From assembly GCA_040758355.1 (NCBI GenBank), contig JBFLWF010000005.1:32001-96000 (forward strand): a DNA stretch of 64,000 nt, read 5' to 3'. A model generated the notes under the pieces. That model was not told the origin of the DNA and ran no database searches. It saw only the letters and a list, made by a program, of their open reading frames with translations. This document shows, piece after piece, positions 1 to 9,597 of this stretch; within the stretch, counting starts at the first letter, position 1; every line of letters begins with the position of its first letter. This DNA is from Nitrospirota bacterium. Lineage in GTDB: Bacteria; Nitrospirota; Thermodesulfovibrionia; Thermodesulfovibrionales; Dissulfurispiraceae. The position numbers were made by a program, and so were the translations under genes.

Positions 1-360
1 TGTGTAGTAGCGGGAGCCCACATCCTGCATGTCTATTGCCATAATATCGATATCCTTCAGCATTTCAGGTTCAGGTTTTCTTGCATGTCCATAAAGGCTG
101 TAAACAGGAAGGCCTGTTTTTTTATCTGTAAAACCCTCCCATTCAATCATGTTGTCCTGGGTTTCTCCCCTGATTCCGTGCTGGGGGCCGAAGAATGCAT
201 TTAATTGAAACTTCTTCGATTTCAATGCAAAGTCTGCTGCATGCTCAAGTTTTTTATTAACAGAAGCAGGATGCACCACAAGCCCCACCCTTGCGCCTTT
301 CAATTGCTTCGGCCAATGTTTCTCAAGTTTGTCCAATCCAGTTAATATCGATTTAGCCAT
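1..360 (-). CDS. DUF1343 / NamZ-like exo-beta-N-acetylmuramidase, 5' part only (runs off window start)
   Basis: Hand translation from ATG 360: MAKSILTGLDKL...RVGLVVHPAS...FGPQHGIRGETQD...GLPVYSLYG...DMQDVGSRYYT, typical DUF1343 motifs. Confidence 0.85.
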   Translation of the reverse strand, partial: MAKSILTGLDKLEKHWPKQLKGARVGLVVHPASVNKKLEHAADFALKSKKFQLNAFFGPQHGIRGETQDNMIEWEGFTDKKTGLPVYSLYGHARKPEPEMLKDIDIMAIDMQDVGSRYYT

Positions 361-396
361 GACAATATAGTAACATTTCTGCTAAAATTTTCTGCC
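361..396. promoter_or_regulatory. Overlapping divergent extended -10 promoters
   Basis: Minus strand TG-T-TACTAT 6 nt before ATG 360; plus strand TG-C-TAAAAT (380-388) 8 nt before ATG 397; no SD visible. Confidence 0.5.
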
Positions 397-1299
397 ATGT
401 TACTGCAGCAGTTGATAAACGGTCTGACACTGGGCGGGGTTTATGCCATTATAGCCATCGGCTATACGATGGTCTATGGAATACTCGAACTCATAAACTT
501 TGCCCACGGCGAGATTTATATGCTCGGCGCTTACCTCGCAATCATATTCTTGGGTCTTTTTACCGCAATGGGATTAACAGCAACAAGCCTTCCCCTCGCA
601 CTTATTTTAACCGCCATACTGACAATAATCTTCTGCTCTGCTTACGGCTTTACAATGGAAAAGGTTGCATATAAGCCATTGAGAAATGCGCCAAGGCTCA
701 GCCCTTTGATAAGCGCAATAGGGGTATCCATCTTCCTTCAAAACTATGTCATGCTCACACAGGGAGCGACGGACAAGGTCTTTCCTCAGCGATTCGGAGA
801 AGCAGGCTTTCAGTTTATGAATGTCAATGTGACTTATCTTCAGGCAATGATAATATTAGTCTCAGGGTTGTTAATGTTTTTCCTTCATCTATTCATTCAC
901 AAGACACGAATGGGCAAGGCAATGAGGGCAACTGCGCAGGACAAGACAATGGCAGCCCTTGTGGGAATAAATGTGGACAGCATCATATCCGTTACATTCA
1001 TCATCGGCGCCGGTCTTGCAGCAGTGGCAGGCATTATGGTCGCTTCATACTACGGCCTTGTAAATTATTTCATCGGATATATCGCAGGGATTAAGGCCTT
1101 TACAGCAGCAGTCCTCGGAGGAATCGGGAATATTCCCGGTGCAATGTTAGGAGGCATAATCCTCGGCCTCGTGGAAAGCACCGGTGCAGCATACATATCC
1201 AGCGAATACAAGGATGCATATGCATTCATCATACTTATCGTCATTTTGCTCATAAAGCCATCAGGAATACTCGGAAAAACCACAGAGGAAAAGGTATGA
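397..1299 (+). CDS. livH: Branched-chain amino acid ABC transporter permease
   Basis: LQQLINGLTLG...INFAHGE...KAFTAAVLGGIG motifs. Confidence 0.95.
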   Translation: MLLQQLINGLTLGGVYAIIAIGYTMVYGILELINFAHGEIYMLGAYLAIIFLGLFTAMGLTATSLPLALILTAILTIIFCSAYGFTMEKVAYKPLRNAPRLSPLISAIGVSIFLQNYVMLTQGATDKVFPQRFGEAGFQFMNVNVTYLQAMIILVSGLLMFFLHLFIHKTRMGKAMRATAQDKTMAALVGINVDSIISVTFIIGAGLAAVAGIMVASYYGLVNYFIGYIAGIKAFTAAVLGGIGNIPGAMLGGIILGLVESTGAAYISSEYKDAYAFIILIVILLIKPSGILGKTTEEKV

Positions 1300-2393
1300 A
1301 ACCGATTCTCATTGCCCTGCTGGCAGCCTTGTTATTCCTTCCATTCAAAGGCCTGAATGCAGCGGGCATAATGTTTATAGGTGTTCTCGCCTTGTTGTCT
1401 GCTGTCTCTCTTTTAAAAAAAACAAAAGTTATCGATGCAATAAAAGCCATTCGCATTCCTGAAATTGGAAGGTTTAGGACATTTTTCATCCCTGTCTTGC
1501 TGATTTCGTCTCTCGTCTTTCCTTTCATATTAAAGGATTATTATATCGATGTTCTAATAATGTCAGGGATATACATCCTTCTTGCCCTTGGCTTAAATAT
1601 CATCGTTGGTTTCACAGGGCTTCTTAATTTAGGCTTTGCTGCCTTTTATGCCATAGGCGCTTACACATATGCTATTCTCAATACAAAGATAGGTCTCAGT
1701 TTCTGGGCATCGCTGCCCATTTCTGCATCCCTTGCTGCGCTTGCAGGGCTGTTGCTTGCAATACCTGCCCTGAGGCTCAGAGGCGACTATTTAGCAATAG
1801 TAACTCTGGGATTCGGTGAAATAGTCCGCCTTGTCCTGAACAACTGGGACAGCCTTACAAACGGCCCAAACGGCATAACAGGAATATCCCGTCCTTTGCT
1901 CATGGGATTTTCTCTTGCACAACTCGAATATTACTACTATCTCATATTTGTCATTGTAATTTTCGCTGTAGTGGTGATCAAAAGAGTTGAATCATCGAGG
2001 ATCGGCAGGGCATGGATAGCAATAAAGGAGAACGAAATCGCTGCATCTTCGATGGGAATAAACACAACGAAATATAAACTATACGCCTTTACCTTTGGAA
2101 CATTCTGGGCAGGAATAGCAGGAATATTATTTTCTGCAAAGATGCAGTTCGTCTCGCCCGAAAGCTTTACCTTTATGGAATCTATTTTAATCCTGAGCAT
2201 GATTATACTTGGAGGGATAGGAAATACATATGGTGCGATTATTGGTGCATTTATTCTTGTTATCCTGCCTGAAGTGTTGAGAGAAGTCCAGTTATACAGA
2301 ATGCTCATTCTTGGAATCGGCCTTGTCCTTCTCATGATATTCAGGCCACAGGGAATCTTAGGGGGAGTAAAGGGTGTACATTTTAGAAGTTAG
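1296..2393 (+). CDS. livM: Branched-chain amino acid ABC transporter permease
   Basis: LGLNIIVGFTGLL, LRLRGDYLAIVTLGFGEI motifs. Confidence 0.95.
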   Translation: MKPILIALLAALLFLPFKGLNAAGIMFIGVLALLSAVSLLKKTKVIDAIKAIRIPEIGRFRTFFIPVLLISSLVFPFILKDYYIDVLIMSGIYILLALGLNIIVGFTGLLNLGFAAFYAIGAYTYAILNTKIGLSFWASLPISASLAALAGLLLAIPALRLRGDYLAIVTLGFGEIVRLVLNNWDSLTNGPNGITGISRPLLMGFSLAQLEYYYYLIFVIVIFAVVVIKRVESSRIGRAWIAIKENEIAASSMGINTTKYKLYAFTFGTFWAGIAGILFSAKMQFVSPESFTFMESILILSMIILGGIGNTYGAIIGAFILVILPEVLREVQLYRMLILGIGLVLLMIFRPQGILGGVKGVHFRS

Positions 2394-3138
2394 GGAATTA
2401 ACCAAGCACTTCGGCGGAATAAGGGCAGTTGAGGATGCGAGTTTTAAGGTAAAGGGAGGAGACATAGTCAGCATCATAGGCCCCAATGGCGCAGGAAAGA
2501 CCACCCTTTTCAACTGTCTTACCGGAATAACAAAGCCTACAAAAGGACACATATATTTTATGGACAATGAAATCTCAAAGCTCCCTGCCCATAAAGTCTC
2601 AGAGATCGGCATTTCACGGACATTCCAGAATATAAGGTTGTTTTCAGAAATGACCGTAATGGAGAATGTTATGGTCTCTCAGCATGCCAGAACGAAATAC
2701 GGCTTTTTGAGCGCAGTATTGCAGGGAACCAATTTCAGGAAAAAAGAGCAGATAATAAGGGAAAAGGCATTTGAATATTTAGAGCTTGTCGGGCTTGAAA
2801 ATTATGTAGATAATATGGCAAGTAATCTCCCCTACGGAAGCCAGAGAAGGCTTGAGATCGCAAGGGCTTTGGCAACCGAGGCAAAGATAATTCTTCTGGA
2901 TGAACCCACGGCCGGCATGAACCCAATGGAGACCTCGGAAGTTATGTCATTAATAAAAAAGATTCAGGAACTTGGAAAGACCATAATCCTCATAGAACAT
3001 GATATGCGGCTCGTGATGGGCATATCCGACTGGGTGATTGTGTTAGACCACGGGGTCAAGATTGCAGAAGGACTGCCAGAAAATGTAAAAAACGACCCGC
3101 TGGTAATAGAGGCGTATCTCGGAAGGGAGGTACATTAA
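2374..3138 (+). CDS. livG: Branched-chain amino acid ABC transporter ATPase
   Basis: GPNGAGKTT, RTFQNIRLF, LPYGSQRRLEIARAL, VIEAYLG. Confidence 0.95.
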   Translation: MYILEVRELTKHFGGIRAVEDASFKVKGGDIVSIIGPNGAGKTTLFNCLTGITKPTKGHIYFMDNEISKLPAHKVSEIGISRTFQNIRLFSEMTVMENVMVSQHARTKYGFLSAVLQGTNFRKKEQIIREKAFEYLELVGLENYVDNMASNLPYGSQRRLEIARALATEAKIILLDEPTAGMNPMETSEVMSLIKKIQELGKTIILIEHDMRLVMGISDWVIVLDHGVKIAEGLPENVKNDPLVIEAYLGREVH

Positions 3139-3230
3139 GTGATTTTATATGTCAGGCACTGCTCAAAGACTCCCTCTTTTCGCAGCACCTGACATATATA
3201 TTTAGATTAAAATTGCACAATTTAGGTTAA
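3133..3230 (+). mobile_element. Internally deleted (ends-only) copy of the ~210-bp inverted-repeat element
   Basis: GATTTTATATGTCAGGCACTGCTCAAAGACT joined directly to TCTTTTCGCAGCACCTGACATATA...AATTGCACAATTTAGGTTA; matches both ends of the copy at 53666-53887 in reverse complement. Confidence 0.8.
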
Positions 3231-3234
3231 GATT

Positions 3235-3948
3235 ATGCTTAAGCTTGAATCCATACATACATCATACGGTCATATAAAGGCATTAAAAGGTATAGACATT
3301 GAGGTTAATAAAGGCGAAATTGTCTGCCTTATAGGCAGCAATGGCGCTGGAAAAACGACTACTCTTTTGACAATCTCAGGTATTTTAAGACCTGTCTCCG
3401 GAGATATAATCTTTGAAGGAGAATCTTTAAAAAATGAATCTCCTCACAATATTGTAAATAAAGGCATCTGCCATATTCCTGAAGGAAGGAGAATATTTCC
3501 AAGGCTTACAGTGCTGGAAAACCTTGAAATGGGGGCGTATTCTGTAAATTTCAAATATCAAATTTCAAATTTCAAAAATAACATTGAAAAGGTCTTCAGC
3601 CTATTCCCTGTCCTTAAAGAAAGGACAAAACAACCTGGAGGGACGCTGAGCGGCGGAGAACAGCAGATGTTAGCCATCGGAAGGGCTTTGATGGCAAATC
3701 CAAAACTCCTTCTCCTCGATGAGCCATCCCTCGGCCTTGCACCCATAATGGTGAGCAAGATATTCAGGACCATTAAAGAGATAAATGAAGAAGGGGTTAC
3801 GATCCTTATAGTCGAACAGAATGCAAAGGCAGCGCTGAGGCTCTCACACAGGGGCTATGTCCTCGAAAACGGCACGATAAAACTACAGGGAAGCGGAGAA
3901 GACCTCTTGCACAACGAGGATGTGAAAAAGGCTTATCTGGGGGAATAG
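3235..3948 (+). CDS. livF: Branched-chain amino acid ABC transporter ATPase
   Basis: GSNGAGKTT, PEGRRIFP, LSGGEQQMLAIGRALM, DEPSLGLAP. Confidence 0.95.
   Translation: MLKLESIHTSYGHIKALKGIDIEVNKGEIVCLIGSNGAGKTTTLLTISGILRPVSGDIIFEGESLKNESPHNIVNKGICHIPEGRRIFPRLTVLENLEMGAYSVNFKYQISNFKNNIEKVFSLFPVLKERTKQPGGTLSGGEQQMLAIGRALMANPKLLLLDEPSLGLAPIMVSKIFRTIKEINEEGVTILIVEQNAKAALRLSHRGYVLENGTIKLQGSGEDLLHNEDVKKAYLGE
3546..3573 (+). repeat. 7-bp tandem array (AAATTTC)x4 inside livF
   Basis: aaatttc aaatatc aaatttc aaatttc; encodes NFKYQISNF. Confidence 0.8.
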
Positions 3949-3953
3949 TTTTT

Positions 3954-5915
3954 TCATCCCTCATACACCACTTTCCCCATATCCCTTATATCATATCCTC
4001 CAAGGGATTCGACTGTTTGTCTGAATTCTTCATTATTTCTGATTATTTCGAGGATGATTTGTACCATCTCTGTATCCATAAATTCATGAGGCATGGCTAA
4101 ATCATAGCGCTCATTGGCAACCGGAATGAAGTCGAGGCCGAGGGCATTTGCAGAGGAATAGACGGCAAGGCCGGTGTCTGCAAGGCCTGTGAGCACTGCT
4201 GATGCAACGGCCATGTGTGTATATTCCTCCCTGTCGTACCCCTTCACCATGTATGGATTAATTCCGAGTTCTTTTAAATGTTTGTCCAGCAAAAGCCTTG
4301 TGCCCGAACCTCCCTGCCTGTTAATGAAAATAACATCATTCCTTATGAGGTCTTCAAAACCTTTGATATTCTTTGGATTGCCTTTTTTTACCAAAAGCCC
4401 CTGCCGGCGATAGACGAGATTCACGAGTACAATTTTTTTATCTGACAGCAATCTTTTTATGAACGGTATATTATATTCACCCGACTGTTCATCCAGAAGA
4501 TGCGTTCCTGCAAAATGCGCCTCCCCTCTCTTTAATGCCATAAGGCCGCCCATTGAACCTACGTGGGCAGACGATAGAGAAAATTCCGGATAGTTTTTCT
4601 TTATAGTATTTGCAAGGATGTCGAGTGTATTATCATGGCTGCCTATGCATACTATAGTATTTTTAATTTCGTTTTTCTTTCTTATGAGTTCAACATCAAC
4701 CTCCGTCCCTGCACTTAAAGCCTCTGTGTGTGCAGGAATCCTTACAATGCCGTCTGCCCTTACAAGTGACATAAGCAGTCCTGCGCCTCTGCCAACAGGT
4801 GTTGCAATGTACTTGTCATTAACGACACCGACCTTTACCCTTATGAATTCATCAATACCCATTGGTGATGCAATCTGCCTTGAGACCGTTGCTTTTATCT
4901 TTTCGTTCTCTTCTGCTGTTATACCAAGAAATCTTGCAATAACAGGCTTCACGAACAGTTGAAACGTCAAATACGCAGAGACAGGATAGCCTGGAATTCC
5001 GAATACAGGCTTATTGTTCACAAAGCCTGCAATCAAAGGCTTGCCCGGCTTAATGGAGACTCCATTTACAATCGCCTCGCCAAGCTCTTCTATTGCAGTT
5101 AATGTATAATCCTCGGAGCCCCTTCCTGAGCCTGCATTTATGAGGACTATATCGGATATCTTTGATGCCTCAACTATTGCGTTTTTAATTTCCTGCAAAT
5201 CGTCTTTGACTATTGAAAATCTAATGACCTCGGCACCAAGTTCCACAGCAAGTCCTGAAAGCACTGCAGAGTTATATTCAACTATTTCAGGAGGCTGGGG
5301 CAGCCTGTCCTTCACTGTCTCAGGCTCTATAATCTCTGTGCCTGTGGGAATTATCGCAACCTTCGGTTTCTTCCGTACAGATACTCCTGTGTGGCCGCTT
5401 GCAAGCATGGCTCCAATATCTATGGGTCTTATTCTGTGATTCTCAGGGATGATCAACTCTGTTGCAACAATATCTTCTCCGATTGTTCTCACATGCTGAT
5501 AAGGGGTGGCAGGCTGATAAATCTCAATATATTCTTCCTCTTGACCCTTGACCCCTGACCCTTGACCCGTAATGATATTCACATCCTCGATCATAATAAC
5601 CGCATTAAAGCCCTCCGGCATTGGGTCTCCAGTATCGACATACACGGCTTCGTATCCGATTTTGAGCATGCATGGAGACGTCTCGGATGCCGTGAACGTA
5701 TCGGTGAACCTCACTGCATAACCGTCCATTGCAGCGGAATGATAGAAAGGCGATGAGTACCGTGCAAATACAGGCTCTGCGGTTATCCGGTCAAGGGAGT
5801 CGGTAATATTTATGACTTCAGAAGAAAGGCGATTAAGCCCCATTGCATCGAGGTGTTTAAATAAAATCGAAATTGCTTCTTCAAGGGAAAGGCTGTCAAG
5901 GAATACCTGTTTCAT
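3954..5915 (-). CDS. moeA: Molybdopterin molybdenumtransferase MoeA fused to C-terminal PBP (LysR-substrate-like) domain
   Basis: SAAMDGYAV, DTGDPMP, IKPGKP, GIPGYPVS; C-terminal GSHD...VGSMGGL...FINRQGGSGTR; start revised to ATG 5915 (MKQVFLDS). Confidence 0.9.
   Translation of the reverse strand: MKQVFLDSLSLEEAISILFKHLDAMGLNRLSSEVINITDSLDRITAEPVFARYSSPFYHSAAMDGYAVRFTDTFTASETSPCMLKIGYEAVYVDTGDPMPEGFNAVIMIEDVNIITGQGSGVKGQEEEYIEIYQPATPYQHVRTIGEDIVATELIIPENHRIRPIDIGAMLASGHTGVSVRKKPKVAIIPTGTEIIEPETVKDRLPQPPEIVEYNSAVLSGLAVELGAEVIRFSIVKDDLQEIKNAIVEASKISDIVLINAGSGRGSEDYTLTAIEELGEAIVNGVSIKPGKPLIAGFVNNKPVFGIPGYPVSAYLTFQLFVKPVIARFLGITAEENEKIKATVSRQIASPMGIDEFIRVKVGVVNDKYIATPVGRGAGLLMSLVRADGIVRIPAHTEALSAGTEVDVELIRKKNEIKNTIVCIGSHDNTLDILANTIKKNYPEFSLSSAHVGSMGGLMALKRGEAHFAGTHLLDEQSGEYNIPFIKRLLSDKKIVLVNLVYRRQGLLVKKGNPKNIKGFEDLIRNDVIFINRQGGSGTRLLLDKHLKELGINPYMVKGYDREEYTHMAVASAVLTGLADTGLAVYSSANALGLDFIPVANERYDLAMPHEFMDTEMVQIILEIIRNNEEFRQTVESLGGYDIRDMGKVVYEG
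5541..5568 (-). repeat. 7-bp tandem array (GGGTCAA)x4 inside moeA
   Basis: Plus strand ttgaccc ttgaccc ctgaccc ttgaccc; encodes GQGSGVKGQ. Confidence 0.85.
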
Positions 5916-5921
5916 AACTTT

Positions 5922-5950
5922 ATGATATGCAAATCTTCTTAAGTATTCAA
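5922..5950 (-). promoter_or_regulatory. Sigma70 promoter for moeA (probably leaderless)
   Basis: TTGAAT-17nt-TATCAT-6nt-ATG. Confidence 0.6.
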
Positions 5951-5994
5951 TATCTTTTTGGGGAATAGCAGCCAAAAATTAAGACATGATCTGT

Positions 5995-6375
5995 CTATTT
6001 CGCGGATGCTTCTTTATTTGGAAAGTCGATTACTTTTGTTTCATCCTTCTGAATAATGGAACGTCCCTCAAATATGCCGCCCTCTGCAACAGACAATGTG
6101 CTTGTATGAATATCCCCCAGCAGCTTGCCCGTGTGTTTGATCTCCACAAGCTCATCTGCATTGACATTGCCCTCCACGCTGCCGCCGATTACCACGCATC
6201 GTGCCTTTATATCGCCTGTGACGGATGCGTCATCACCGAGGATAACCGAATCTGCAATAATGTTTCCTGTTAACTTTCCGTCAATCCTTAAAGTTCCATT
6301 GGCGGTTATATCGCCTTTGAATTCTGAATCAGGACCGATTAATGCCTCAAGTTTATTGTTTTTCTTTAGAAACAT
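5995..6375 (-). CDS. Bactofilin (polymer-forming cytoskeletal protein, CcmA family)
   Basis: IGPDSEFKGDITANGTLRIDGKLTGNI...VEGNV...AEGGIFEG beta-helix. Confidence 0.92.
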   Translation of the reverse strand: MFLKKNNKLEALIGPDSEFKGDITANGTLRIDGKLTGNIIADSVILGDDASVTGDIKARCVVIGGSVEGNVNADELVEIKHTGKLLGDIHTSTLSVAEGGIFEGRSIIQKDETKVIDFPNKEASAK

Positions 6376-7222
6376 TTTTTGCCTCCTTGATGAATGCCAT
6401 AGGGTTTACGGCCTTGCCGTTATGCCATACCTCATAGTGCAGATGAGGCCCTGTAGTATTTCCTGTAGAGCCAACATTAGCTATGATATCTCCCCTCTTT
6501 ACCTTCTGCCCCACCCTGACAACAATCGAACTGTTGTGGGCATAAAACGTGGAATATCCGAATCCATGCTCTACAACTACGAGATTTCCGTTCCCCGCGC
6601 TCCATCCCGAGAAGCTTACAATCCCGTCTGCAGTTGCCTTCACAGGTGTGCCTGTGCCTGCAGAAATATCAAGCCCTGAATGGAACTCCTGTCCTCCGTA
6701 CCTTGGATTCTCCCTGTTGCCGAATTCCGATGTTATCCTTCCCATAATAGGCCAGCCCTTTGGGGTCGAAATGTATATGTCTTTTTGGTTTTTCAAAAAA
6801 TCCTGAATCTCGGCAACTCTCTCAACGGTATTCTTTATCTGGTCTTTCAATAGATCCATGTCCAGCGAGCCGGCATCATGTATATTGACTTTGGAATTGA
6901 CATTCTCGAGTATCTTGTCCTTGCTCTTAAAGGATAAAAGCCTTTTAAACTCCGACTCTGCCTTTTCCAGCAGGGATATGGTTGTTTTAAGCTCCACAAA
7001 CTGGCCCATGTAAAAATTCAATTTGCTTTTCATATTGTAGTATTCGATGGTGTCTATGGCAACCGAGACGACGTATATAGAGCCGACCAGCCATAATATC
7101 ACGGATGACACAACGCCGATGGATGGGAGTTTTATATTGATTGTCCGCTTGCTGTCATGGGGTATGAGCATTATAGTGACGGGGGTGAAAAGTTTTCTAA
7201 AAAATCTTCTTAGTTTATACAT
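6353..7222 (-). CDS. M23 family metallopeptidase with N-terminal TM and coiled coil
   Basis: HSGLD, YAH, STGNTTGPHLHYEV; start revised to ATG 7222 after AGGAGG. Confidence 0.9.
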   Translation of the reverse strand: MYKLRRFFRKLFTPVTIMLIPHDSKRTINIKLPSIGVVSSVILWLVGSIYVVSVAIDTIEYYNMKSKLNFYMGQFVELKTTISLLEKAESEFKRLLSFKSKDKILENVNSKVNIHDAGSLDMDLLKDQIKNTVERVAEIQDFLKNQKDIYISTPKGWPIMGRITSEFGNRENPRYGGQEFHSGLDISAGTGTPVKATADGIVSFSGWSAGNGNLVVVEHGFGYSTFYAHNSSIVVRVGQKVKRGDIIANVGSTGNTTGPHLHYEVWHNGKAVNPMAFIKEAKNVSKEKQ

Positions 7223-8246
7223 AGCGTATCTTTTCTCCTCCTTTTTCGATAAATCCAATATGGTAAGCATCAAACCCATATTGTTTTAAAACGGAGATCG
7301 AGAGGTCGGAATTTTCTTTAGGTAGTACTATAACATATCCGATGCCCAGATTAAAGGTTTTTTTCATATCCTCATCAGGGACATTACCAAGTCTTTTGAT
7401 AATATTAAATATAGGCAGCATTGGCCATGAGTTTTCTTTTATTACCGATGTCAGTCCATCTCCGATTATTCTCGGCACATTGCCCACAATGCCGCCGCCT
7501 GTTATATGAGCCATTCCATGAACATCCATCTTATCTTTCAATGCATCGAATGCCTTTACATATATCTTCGTGGGCTTAAGAAGTTCTTCTCCGATTGTAG
7601 TACCAAGCTCGGGTATGTGTGTATCAATATCGAATTTAGCTGCATCGAAAAATACCTTCCTTGCAAGGGAATAGCCATTGCTGTGCAGGCCGCTGGATGC
7701 TATTCCTATTATGACATCTCCCTCTTTTATCTTTGAGCCGTCAATGATTTTATCTCTATCCACAACACCAACTGCAAAGCCTGCAAGGTCATATTCGTCT
7801 TCCCCATAAAATCCTGGCATCTCTGCCGTCTCTCCACCAATCAATGCGCATCCCGATTCTTTGCAACCTTCTGCAATTCCTTTTACAACATCCTTTGCCT
7901 TTTCTGATTTGAGTTTTCCTGTTGCAAAGTAATCGAGGAAAAATAAAGGCTCTGCACCGAGGGTGAGAATGTCATTTACGCACATTGCCACAAGGTCAAT
8001 GCCAACGGTGTCGTGCTTGTCCATCATGAATGCAATCTTTAATTTTGTCCCTACGCCGTCGGTTCCGCTCACAAGCACCGGCTCTTTATACTTTTTAATA
8101 TCCAGTTTGAACAATGCGCCAAAAGAGCCTATTTCGGTCATAACCTCTGGTCTGAATGTCTTTTTCACCAGAGGCGAGATGAGGCTAACAAACCTGTCGC
8201 CTTCGTCTATATCAACGCCGGCCTTTTTATACGTTAACTCTTCCAT
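7215..8246 (-). CDS. purM: Phosphoribosylformylglycinamidine cyclo-ligase
   Basis: YKKAGVDI, SGTDGVGTK, GGETAEMPG, GLHSNGYS; start revised to ATG 8246. Confidence 0.96.
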   Translation of the reverse strand: MEELTYKKAGVDIDEGDRFVSLISPLVKKTFRPEVMTEIGSFGALFKLDIKKYKEPVLVSGTDGVGTKLKIAFMMDKHDTVGIDLVAMCVNDILTLGAEPLFFLDYFATGKLKSEKAKDVVKGIAEGCKESGCALIGGETAEMPGFYGEDEYDLAGFAVGVVDRDKIIDGSKIKEGDVIIGIASSGLHSNGYSLARKVFFDAAKFDIDTHIPELGTTIGEELLKPTKIYVKAFDALKDKMDVHGMAHITGGGIVGNVPRIIGDGLTSVIKENSWPMLPIFNIIKRLGNVPDEDMKKTFNLGIGYVIVLPKENSDLSISVLKQYGFDAYHIGFIEKGGEKIRYV

Positions 8247-8253
8247 ATCACCT

Positions 8254-9102
8254 CTAAACAATCTTCATGCTTATATCCACAGCCCTTGCAGAGTGCGTCA
8301 ATGCGCCGATTGATATTATATCAACTCCTGTCTCTGCAATGCTCCTGATATTTTCGAGATTCACATTTCCCGATGCCTCAAGCAAAATTCTATAACTTCG
8401 AATTTCGAATTTCGAATCTCGAATTTTAACAGCCTTTGTCATATCAGGTATAGACATATTATCGAGCATAATGACATCAGCCCCTGCATCCAATGCCTCT
8501 TTTAATTCATCAAGGCTTTTTACTTCGATCTCAATTTTTAAGAGATGGTGTCCCTTCTTTGCAAGCACAACAGCCTTTTTTACACCACCCGCTATCTTTA
8601 TATGATTGTCCTTGATCAAAATCCCATCATAAAGCCCGAATCTGTGATTAGCCCCTCCGCCGATTTTTACACCATATTTTTCCATAATACGCATTCCTGG
8701 TATGGTCTTTCTGGTATCGGCAATTTTCACTGATAATCCCTCGACCTTTTTCACAAACTGATTTGTCATCGTAGCAATTCCAGATATGCGCTGAAGGATG
8801 TTCAATGAAATCCTTTCTCCTGCAAGAAGGCTTCTTGCATTTCCAGAAATCCCTGCTATTATATCACCCTTTTTGACACTGGAGCCTTCATCGAAAAATA
8901 CATTTATTACAACATCAGTGTCTATCGCATTAAATACTTCCTTTACAAAAGGCATCCCTGCAAGGATAAAATCTTCTTTTGCAATAATATTCGCTTTGGC
9001 TTTTTTACCCTTGGGAACAATCAAAAGGGATGTTATATCGCCATGACCGATATCTTCGAGTATCGCAAGGCGTATCGTTTCTTTTAGGAGTTCAATAGTC
9101 AT
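8254..9102 (-). CDS. nadC: Nicotinate-nucleotide pyrophosphorylase (QAPRTase)
   Basis: ED..GDITS, DTRKT.PG, NHRFGL, IKDNH, MLDNM, EASG. Confidence 0.96.
   Translation of the reverse strand: MTIELLKETIRLAILEDIGHGDITSLLIVPKGKKAKANIIAKEDFILAGMPFVKEVFNAIDTDVVINVFFDEGSSVKKGDIIAGISGNARSLLAGERISLNILQRISGIATMTNQFVKKVEGLSVKIADTRKTIPGMRIMEKYGVKIGGGANHRFGLYDGILIKDNHIKIAGGVKKAVVLAKKGHHLLKIEIEVKSLDELKEALDAGADVIMLDNMSIPDMTKAVKIRDSKFEIRSYRILLEASGNVNLENIRSIAETGVDIISIGALTHSARAVDISMKIV
8397..8424 (-). repeat. 7-bp tandem array (ATTCGAA)x4 inside nadC
   Basis: Plus strand ttcgaat ttcgaat ttcgaat ctcgaat; encodes IRDSKFEIR. Confidence 0.85.
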
Positions 9103-9581
9103 CTTTTCTTAAAAATTGAAAACAATCCGAATATCCCTCCTGCAACAGCGCCTATTGCAAGTGCAGAACGCCAGTCGAGAAGCGTGGTTACATTGCCGCT
9201 TATGTTTTTACCTATCATGAGGATCGAAGTGCTGTTGTTGGAATTTATCTCCCTCGCAGCAATAACACCGGCAGCGCTCTTATTTACAACTGCCTCTTCT
9301 GCAGAAACTGCAACAGGCGCAAAGGAGAAATTAAGATTTGTGGTATTCCCTGCTGTCAGTACCCCTATGCTCTGGTTTAAAGAGAGGTTTGCGCCGCGCA
9401 TCAACACGGACGCTCCCTGCGTGACCTCAACCCGCTCGCCGTCAATGCTCAATGCACCGACCTGCTGCAGCTCGATATGACCTCCTTCTACTGATCTGAT
9501 AGTGCTCTGCCTGATATTCATAAATTCTGCTTCGACCATACCAAGGTTTTTATTCTCCATCTCTATGATCTCTTTCTCCAT
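9099..9581 (-). CDS. Hypothetical protein, beta-solenoid-like repeats with C-terminal membrane anchor
   Basis: In-operon ORF with RBS; ~15-aa periodic beta pattern; hydrophobic C-terminus followed by KKR. Confidence 0.75.
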   Translation of the reverse strand: MEKEIIEMENKNLGMVEAEFMNIRQSTIRSVEGGHIELQQVGALSIDGERVEVTQGASVLMRGANLSLNQSIGVLTAGNTTNLNFSFAPVAVSAEEAVVNKSAAGVIAAREINSNNSTSILMIGKNISGNVTTLLDWRSALAIGAVAGGIFGLFSIFKKR

Positions 9582-9597
9582 GGTTCCACCCCCTATT

